Of a stretch of DNA of 64,000 nt, positions 57,513 to 64,000 are shown piece by piece. The position numbers were made by a program, and so were the translations under genes. The stretch covers positions 1,856,001-1,920,000 of the forward strand of contig OZ244937.1 in NCBI GenBank assembly GCA_965222075.1, in the 5' to 3' direction. The notes beneath the pieces were generated by a model. That model was not told where the DNA came from. It did no database searches and saw only the letters and a program-made list of their open reading frames with translations. The stretch comes from Candidatus Latescibacterota bacterium (GTDB lineage Bacteria > Latescibacterota > UBA2968 > GCA-2709665). Numbering within the stretch: position 1 is the first letter of the stretch; the number at the start of each line of letters is the position of its first letter.

Positions 57513-59135
57513 TTACGCCTTTGATCTCCCGGGTAGATCCACCCGGTCCAGAATCCGTTGAAAATTTCCGGCAAGGATCTTCTTCCGCGTCTCCACCGAC
57601 AGGTCTGCCCAGAGCACCCACCCCAGCTGCTGCCGGGGATCCCGCATGGGCGCATCCGTCCCGAAAATCACATGATCCTCATCCGTGGCCTCCACAAGAT
57701 ATTCCACCACCCGGTTCGTCACGGCCGTGTACGTCAGTTCCGCGTACACGTTCGGGTGCTCCTGAATACAGGTCGCCACCTCCTCGGCATACGCCCAGCT
57801 CTTCCCCGAATGCGCAATCAGCCAGCTCACCTGCGGAAACCGCTCCGCCAGTCGCGCAACACACGCCACGCCGCCGGTGTAGGGCATCGTGTGGATCAGG
57901 GCGTAGAGCCAGTGTGCGTTCCCGAATTCCCACCAGGGTGTAAACACATCATCGTCGTAGTGCAGTCCCATCCGGTGGTAGGGCTTCATCCCCACAAACC
58001 CCTGCTCTACGTGCCGCAACCGGACCTCCGCCTCCATCTCTTCCCGTGTCATATGCGTCGGATCGATCGTGGCCAGCCCAAAGACCTCATCTCCAAACCG
58101 CTGCATTGCCCGCCAGACGATATCATTCCCATCCTGCGCGTCGGTGCAGACCGGCCCGTTCCAGCTCATCATCGCAATCCGGTCGATTCCGCACCAGTGA
58201 TTCACCTCCAGCATCCCCTCCGCATCCCCATCGTACATCAGACGCGCATCCTTGTTGCTGGCGGCAAACTGCCCCCCCTCGTGCAGCACGTGGGCGTGCG
58301 CATCGATCACCGGCACAGACAGTGGACGCCCCTCCCGCGCCCCGGTCACAATCGGGTCGCCCTCCCGCTGCGCCGCCGCCTCCGGCCCCTGCCCTCTCAA
58401 AAGCCGCTTCAGATTCTCTCCGGCGATCCTCCGCTTCGACACCTCCGGAATCTGCGCATAGTCGATGTACGCCCGGGCCGCGCCGGGAGACATCTCCGTC
58501 ATCCCGGTCCCGAACAACAGCCGCTCATCTCCAAAATCAGCCGTATATTTTTCCACCCCCCGGTTGACCTGATAGGCTGAGAACTCGATGTGGAGGTTCT
58601 CGTGAAGCTGCATCAACCGGTACACGTGCCGCTGGTGCGCCCAGGACAGCCCCGTGAGCAGTGCCGGCAGCCGGGGGTAGCGGGAGAGAAGCTCGTGAAA
58701 AACCGAAAAAAGATTCGCGCCTCCCCATCCTGCGGGCAGCAGGGTGAGCATATCATGGTCTTGCAACGCCTCGAACGTTTCCCCCATCACCTCCGGATGT
58801 AGTGAAAATCCCCCAGGTTCGATACGCGCCGCCCGGATATCCGCCTCCGCCATCGCACCGATCATCTCCTCCCCGGTCTTGAAGAACCCCGGCTCCCCGG
58901 TCGGCACAATGCACCAGACCCCGAAGAGCCGCTCCGGGGCCTTGCTCAGTTCCTGTCTCAACCTGTTGTTTCCGTAAATCACATCGTAGCTCACCGCCAC
59001 CCCGTGCACGGCCAGCGCCCCCGAAATTCCGGCCAGGTCCATATCCTCTAAAAGATGCTCCGTGGACCACCGCCCCCGGCGGTGCTTCATCGGCCGCTGA
59101 CCGAGTGTCGCATGACAGTCGAAGTAGAGCAACAA
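57513..59135 (-). CDS. Tandem two-domain amidohydrolase_2 protein
   Basis: DCH...LLFGT in domain 1; DAHAH...GMKPY...AHSG...IFGTDAP in domain 2. Confidence 0.85.
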   Translation of the reverse strand: MLLYFDCHATLGQRPMKHRRGRWSTEHLLEDMDLAGISGALAVHGVAVSYDVIYGNNRLRQELSKAPERLFGVWCIVPTGEPGFFKTGEEMIGAMAEADIRAARIEPGGFSLHPEVMGETFEALQDHDMLTLLPAGWGGANLFSVFHELLSRYPRLPALLTGLSWAHQRHVYRLMQLHENLHIEFSAYQVNRGVEKYTADFGDERLLFGTGMTEMSPGAARAYIDYAQIPEVSKRRIAGENLKRLLRGQGPEAAAQREGDPIVTGAREGRPLSVPVIDAHAHVLHEGGQFAASNKDARLMYDGDAEGMLEVNHWCGIDRIAMMSWNGPVCTDAQDGNDIVWRAMQRFGDEVFGLATIDPTHMTREEMEAEVRLRHVEQGFVGMKPYHRMGLHYDDDVFTPWWEFGNAHWLYALIHTMPYTGGVACVARLAERFPQVSWLIAHSGKSWAYAEEVATCIQEHPNVYAELTYTAVTNRVVEYLVEATDEDHVIFGTDAPMRDPRQQLGWVLWADLSVETRKKILAGNFQRILDRVDLPGRSKA

Positions 59136-59147
59136 CCTGCCCCCCCT

Positions 59148-60776
59148 TCAATTTCCGCATTCCGCAATTTCCTTATCCACCCGGTCCAGAATCCGCTGAA
59201 AGTTCCCCGCCAATATCTTCTTCCGGGACTCGACCGGCAGGTCCGCCCAGAGCACCCATCCCAGTTGCTGTCTGGGGTCCCGCATCGGCGCGTCCGATCC
59301 GAAAATCACGTGTGCGTCGTCCGTCGCCTCCACCAAAAACTCCACCGACCGGTTCGTCACCGCCGTATAGGTAATCTCCGCATACACATTGGGATGCTCC
59401 TGGATACACGCCGCTACCTCCTCAGCAAACGGCCAGCTGCTACCCGCGTGCGGGATCAGCCAGCTCACCTCCGGGAACCGTTCCGCCAGGCGGCCCACGC
59501 CTGCCACCCCGCCCGTGTGTCCCGCCACGTGCATCAGCCCATAGAGCCGGTGCTCGTTCCCGAATTCCCACCAGGGCATAAATGCCTCGTCCTCGTAATT
59601 CATGTTCATCCGCACGTAGGGCTTCATCCCCACAAACCCCTGCTCTAAGTAGCGCAGCCGGATCTCGGCGTCCATCTCTTCCCGCGTCATATGCGTCGGA
59701 TCGATCACAGCCACCCCGATCACCTCATCTCCAAACCGCTGCATTGCCCGCCAGACGATATCATTCCCATCCTGCGCGTCGGTGCAGACCGGCCCGTTCC
59801 AGCTCATCATCGCAATCCGATCGATCCCACACCAGTGGTTCACCTCCAGCATCCCTTCGGCGTCGCCGTCGTACATAATGTAATTCACCCCGGCGTTCTG
59901 TCCTCTCTCGTGCAGCACATGCGCGTGTGCATCCAGCACCGGCACAGACAGTGCGCGCCCGTCTCTGGCCCTGGCCACAATAGGATCGTCCTCCCGCTGT
60001 CGGAGCGCCGCCGCCTCGGGGCCCTGCCCCTTTAACAGCCGCCTCAGGTTCTCCCCAGCCACCTTTCGCTTCGACGCCTCCGGAATCTGCGCATAATCGA
60101 TAAAGGTTCGGGCCGCGCCGGGCGACCGCTCCGTCATCTCCGTGCCAAACAGCAGCCGCTCGTCTCCAAAATCGGCTACGTACTGCTCAATGCCCCGGTT
60201 GATCTGATACGCCGAAAACTCTAAGTGGAGGTTGTCGTGCAGCACCATCAAACGGTGGATGTACCGCTGCTGTGACCATGTGTGGTGCGTCATCAACACC
60301 GGCAACTTGGGGTACCGGGAAAGCAGATCGTGGAAAAACGAAAAAAGATCGGCCCCGCCCCACCCCACCTCCAACAGCGTGAGAACCTCGTGGTGCTGTA
60401 GCACCTCAAACGTCTCTCCCATCACCTCCCGAGCAAGCGAAAATCCACCCGGCATCACCCGCACCGCCCGAATATCCGCACCCTCCATCGCCCGGACCAT
60501 CTCATCCCCGCTCTGAAAGAAACCCGGCTCCCCGATCGGCACAATACACCATACCCCAAACAGCCTCCCCGGCGCCTTCTCAAGCTCCGCCTTCAGCCGC
60601 TCGTTCCCATACTTCACATCGTAACTCCGGGCCACCCCGTGCACCGCCAGCGCCCCGGAAATCTCCGCCAGATCCATATCCTCCAGGAGATGTTCGGTGG
60701 ACCACCGGGCGCGGCGCGGCTTCATCGGCCGCTGTCCGATCACGGCATGGCAGTCAAAGTAGAGCAGATCCGACAT
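59148..60776 (-). CDS. Tandem two-domain amidohydrolase_2 protein (paralog)
   Basis: Same architecture and high identity to 57513-59135; RBS GGAGG before MSDLLYFDCH. Confidence 0.85.
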   Translation of the reverse strand: MSDLLYFDCHAVIGQRPMKPRRARWSTEHLLEDMDLAEISGALAVHGVARSYDVKYGNERLKAELEKAPGRLFGVWCIVPIGEPGFFQSGDEMVRAMEGADIRAVRVMPGGFSLAREVMGETFEVLQHHEVLTLLEVGWGGADLFSFFHDLLSRYPKLPVLMTHHTWSQQRYIHRLMVLHDNLHLEFSAYQINRGIEQYVADFGDERLLFGTEMTERSPGAARTFIDYAQIPEASKRKVAGENLRRLLKGQGPEAAALRQREDDPIVARARDGRALSVPVLDAHAHVLHERGQNAGVNYIMYDGDAEGMLEVNHWCGIDRIAMMSWNGPVCTDAQDGNDIVWRAMQRFGDEVIGVAVIDPTHMTREEMDAEIRLRYLEQGFVGMKPYVRMNMNYEDEAFMPWWEFGNEHRLYGLMHVAGHTGGVAGVGRLAERFPEVSWLIPHAGSSWPFAEEVAACIQEHPNVYAEITYTAVTNRSVEFLVEATDDAHVIFGSDAPMRDPRQQLGWVLWADLPVESRKKILAGNFQRILDRVDKEIAECGN

Positions 60777-60975
60777 CTTTCCTCCCTTCACGTTTTCTTC
60801 AACAGATAAGCGGTCACCCCTCTTCAGCGCCCGCCGACCGTCGTTGCATAGTAGCCTTAAACCTTCTCCGGCGCAGGCCTCTTTGCCGCGCCTTCGATCT
60901 GATAAAGTCCTCCGTAAACGCCCTCCTCCGTGCGCCTCTGCGATGAATCCCGGTTTTTTGTTTTCACCTCTTACC

Positions 60976-61794
60976 TCAAAGACAGTGCGACCCGAACTCC
61001 CGGTACTCACGCACCGGCTGGGCATGGTACTCCCGCACCATCTGTTCTAAGCGGTCCACCACCAGGTGAAACACCCGCTCCCCCTTCTCCTTGCTCGCCA
61101 CAAGGGCGTTGCCCATCGTCCCGGTGATATCCCGGGTATCCCGCCGCCGTTCGGAAAATCCGCAAAAATGCCGGAGCTCAGGGCCAAAGGGGTTCGGAAA
61201 CAGATCGTCGTTCATCAGCTCCTTCGCAATCAGATGCTCCCGCAGGTAGAGCTGCACCGACGTCTCCCACTCCCCGCCGTGTCCCACACTCCCGTTGTCG
61301 GCCTCGCTCCAGGCTTTCATCTCTTCCGCCACCGCCTGCCACCAGCTAAATGCCACAACGAAAATATTCTCTTCCGAAATTGTATCCCTCACCACGTGGT
61401 TGGGCGCGTTGTTGCCCCCATGCCCGTTAATGATCACAATCCGCTTGAACCCGTTGTCGTAGATGCTCCGGCAGACATCCCCCACCAGATTCAGATAAGT
61501 CTCGATCCGCAGGCTGATCGTGCCGGGGAACCCCTTGTTGTAGTGCGTAAACCCCGACCAGATCGGCGGCGCCACAATCACCGGGAAATCGTCCACCCGC
61601 TGCGCCGTGCGCACCGCCATATAAAAAGGCCCCACCACGTCCACGTCCATTGGACAGTGAGGCCCGTGCTGCTCCACAGACCCCGTGGGCAGAATCACCA
61701 CCGGATCGTGCTTGAGCGCCTCTTCAAACTCGTGCCGCCACATCTCCTGCCACAGGACCTTCCTGTTGCTCCCATCGTAGGAAACCTTGAACAT
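60976..61794 (-). CDS. Creatininase family amidohydrolase
   Basis: PTGSVEQHGPHCPMDVD, FPGTIS, INGHGGN and HGGEWETS. Confidence 0.92.
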   Translation of the reverse strand: MFKVSYDGSNRKVLWQEMWRHEFEEALKHDPVVILPTGSVEQHGPHCPMDVDVVGPFYMAVRTAQRVDDFPVIVAPPIWSGFTHYNKGFPGTISLRIETYLNLVGDVCRSIYDNGFKRIVIINGHGGNNAPNHVVRDTISEENIFVVAFSWWQAVAEEMKAWSEADNGSVGHGGEWETSVQLYLREHLIAKELMNDDLFPNPFGPELRHFCGFSERRRDTRDITGTMGNALVASKEKGERVFHLVVDRLEQMVREYHAQPVREYREFGSHCL

Positions 61795-61863
61795 CGGCAC
61801 ACCCTCCCCATCGTGGGTTGTGACCCTTCTGCCGCACCTCACCGGGCGGACGGCCATCTGCCT

Positions 61864-62712
61864 CTACCATGAAATCCGTGCTTTTTCCCGACCCCTGTCA
61901 AACGGCCAGAGCTTCAGCACCGTCTTCCCCAGGATCCACGCCCGGTCCTCATCGCTCAAAAACGTAAACGCCTTCCGGACCAGGTCCAGCGCTCCGGTAT
62001 ATCCGCACTGCTGCTCGACCAGGGGCCAGTCCGTCCCCCACATCAACCGCTCCGGTCCGAATGCGTCGTAGATCTGCTTCACCGTTGCGTGCGTATCCCG
62101 GTAGGGATAGTCCTCCTTCGAAACCGCCCAGGTCCCCGAGATCTTCACATACACCTGCGGGTACCGGGACAGCCGGAGCAGCTTCTCCAATTCCTCCGGA
62201 CGGTCCACCGGCGGATAGGCCATGTGGTCGATGCGAACCTGAACGTCCTCGTATCTCTGAATCCACCGCTCCAGGTCCGGCAAGCGTTCCAGTTGCGTTA
62301 GAATACACATCGGTACCTTCAGATCCCGGGTCCGCCGCCAGAGCGGGTCCAGGTCCGGAGAGACAAACCAGTCCCCGCTCGAATCCACCGACGGACTCAG
62401 CCGCACCCCCCGGAACCCGTACTCCTCCGCCCAGCGGCTCAGATCGTCCGCCGCCGTCGGACTCTCCGGATTGACCCGGCAGACGCCCTCGAATTGATCG
62501 GGATACCGCTTCAAACAATCCGCCGCATACCGGTTGTCCCACCTGTAGTGCATCACCTGCACCAGAACCGTCTTCTCCGTCCCGTGCGCCGCCATCGCCG
62601 CCATCAGCTGCTCGACCGTTGCGTCCTCCGCCGGTGGGTTCTCGTTCTCCGACGGCCAGGGATATTTCGGATCGTTTATCCATACGTGCACATGGGGGTC
62701 GATAATCATCAT
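61864..62712 (-). CDS. Amidohydrolase_2 (sugar-lactonase-like)
   Basis: IDPHVHVW, GVRL, IDHMA, VKIS and RLMWGTDWP. Confidence 0.88.
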   Translation of the reverse strand: MMIIDPHVHVWINDPKYPWPSENENPPAEDATVEQLMAAMAAHGTEKTVLVQVMHYRWDNRYAADCLKRYPDQFEGVCRVNPESPTAADDLSRWAEEYGFRGVRLSPSVDSSGDWFVSPDLDPLWRRTRDLKVPMCILTQLERLPDLERWIQRYEDVQVRIDHMAYPPVDRPEELEKLLRLSRYPQVYVKISGTWAVSKEDYPYRDTHATVKQIYDAFGPERLMWGTDWPLVEQQCGYTGALDLVRKAFTFLSDEDRAWILGKTVLKLWPFDRGREKARISW

Positions 62713-62727
62713 ATACCTTTACCTCTC

Positions 62728-63777
62728 CTATACAAGCCGTTTTGCCAGCGCACAGACCGCATCTCCCGCCTCATCCACATCGGCCTCCGTAATCCCCAGG
62801 TGGGGCACCGCCCGCATCGCCGTGGGCGATGGGGTGCTCACCCGCACCCCCCAATCCTCTAACAGCCGGTCTGCGAACTCCCGGGAGGTCGCCCCCGTCC
62901 CCCCTATATCGAACCGCACCATATTCGTCTCCACCTCCGCCGGATCGACCGCAATTCCCGGCGCTCCGGCAATCCGCTCCGCAAGCCGTTTTGCATTGCG
63001 GTGGTCTTCCACCAGCCGGTCCACCTGGTGCTTCAGCGCATAGATCCCTGCAGCGGCGATAATCCCCGCCTGCCGCATCGCCCCCCCGATCCGCTGCTTC
63101 CACTGCCACGCCTCCTGGATAAACGCCTCCGACCCGGCCAGCACCCCCCCCACAGGCGCCCCCAGCCCCTTGCTCAGATCGATCCAGACCGTATCGAACG
63201 TCTCGGCATAATCCTGCGTGGAAATCCCGGTTTCCACCACCGCGTTAAAAAGCCTCGCCCCGTCCATGTGCGTCAGCACACCACGCCCGTGCGCCACCTC
63301 GCAGACCGCCCGCATCTGCTCCAGCGGCCAGATATACCCGCCCGGTCTGTTCGTGGTCTGCTCGACGGAAATCAGCCGGAATCCCGGAAAGTACCGGGTG
63401 GACGACGTTATCTCCGCCGCGACCTGCTCCGCCGTAAACTGCCCCTTCTCTCCGTCGATCGGATACAGCGTGACCCTCGCCAGCACCGCCGCGCCCCCTG
63501 CCTCGGAATGCAGCGGGTGCGACGTCCGATCCAGCAGAACCAGATCCCCCGACCGGCAGTGCACGGCAAGGGCGATCTGATTGCACATCGTCCCTGAAGG
63601 CAGAAACAACGCCGCCTCTTTTCCCAGCATCCCAGCCACCATCTCCTGCAGCTGGTTGACTGACGGGTCCTCCCCCCGTTGCTCATCCCCCACCTCCGCC
63701 GCACACATAAACGCCCGCATCTCCTCTGTGGGCTTGGTTGCCGTATCGCTGTACAGATCGATTCGAACTTCAGACAT
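62728..63777 (-). CDS. ltaE: Low-specificity L-threonine aldolase family (PLP)
   Basis: DLYSDTAT.P, GEDPSV..L, PSGTMCN, HMDGARLFNA, LSKGLGAPVG and GGAMRQAG. Confidence 0.88.
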   Translation of the reverse strand: MSEVRIDLYSDTATKPTEEMRAFMCAAEVGDEQRGEDPSVNQLQEMVAGMLGKEAALFLPSGTMCNQIALAVHCRSGDLVLLDRTSHPLHSEAGGAAVLARVTLYPIDGEKGQFTAEQVAAEITSSTRYFPGFRLISVEQTTNRPGGYIWPLEQMRAVCEVAHGRGVLTHMDGARLFNAVVETGISTQDYAETFDTVWIDLSKGLGAPVGGVLAGSEAFIQEAWQWKQRIGGAMRQAGIIAAAGIYALKHQVDRLVEDHRNAKRLAERIAGAPGIAVDPAEVETNMVRFDIGGTGATSREFADRLLEDWGVRVSTPSPTAMRAVPHLGITEADVDEAGDAVCALAKRLV

Positions 63778-64000
63778 AGAACTGATCTCCTTCAAGCGTT
63801 TTGGAATTTCCTGCTCCGACGAGCCAACCCTAAATTAGTGCCAAAACCAGAACCGGGCAAGGCCTTTTACAACCCCAGGTCCCGGGTTCCGAGTGAACAC
63901 CAGGGGGGTGGGGCAGTGGGGCACACGGGACCTGGAACTGCTTAAACGCCACAGGGCACATCCCGCCTCGGGGACATACCCTGTGAGACTGCTTGAAGCC

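Noticed and set aside
63826-63845. sigma54 promoter for the aldolase operon
   Set aside because: TGGCAC is present on minus, but the -12 element (TTGC) is absent.

Overview
GC-rich bacterial window. Dockerin/EF-hand tags, a GWxTD protein and a DUF6785-like membrane protein suggest a Latescibacterota/FCB-type lineage (inference only). From left to right: (1) the tail of a type I restriction-modification locus, with a SIR2-domain gene, a tandemly amplified RAYT/REP cassette and hsdR. (2) A dockerin-tagged heparinase II/III-family lyase whose last 138 bp recur 8.5 kb downstream, bracketing a low-GC island. The island holds a complete 4.36-kb IS1595 cargo element (24-bp TIRs, 8-bp TSD) carrying a RelE-type toxin-antitoxin module, a candidate structured RNA, a frameshifted PEGA lipoprotein gene and a nested IS630. 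(3) Housekeeping and transport genes: epimerase, deacetylase, CysE-like, OGG, a GWxTD pseudogene with a second paralogous TA module, ABC/DUF1854, RND, queC and a NitT/TauT ABC system. (4) A sigma54 two-component locus apparently driving a VIT-vWA-dockerin protein. (5) A porin / 14-heme cytochrome / di-heme lipoprotein operon behind a structured, attenuator-like leader. (6) A catabolic cluster with an aldolase, amidohydrolases, creatininase, mutarotase and an aldo/keto reductase. Also seen is a family of 25-34 bp CCTGCCTG...CAG(A/G)CAGG palindromes that insert precisely, with no target duplication, into IS genes. No CRISPR, rRNA, tRNA, integrase or reverse transcriptase was recognised. All family calls come from motifs read by eye, not from database searches.
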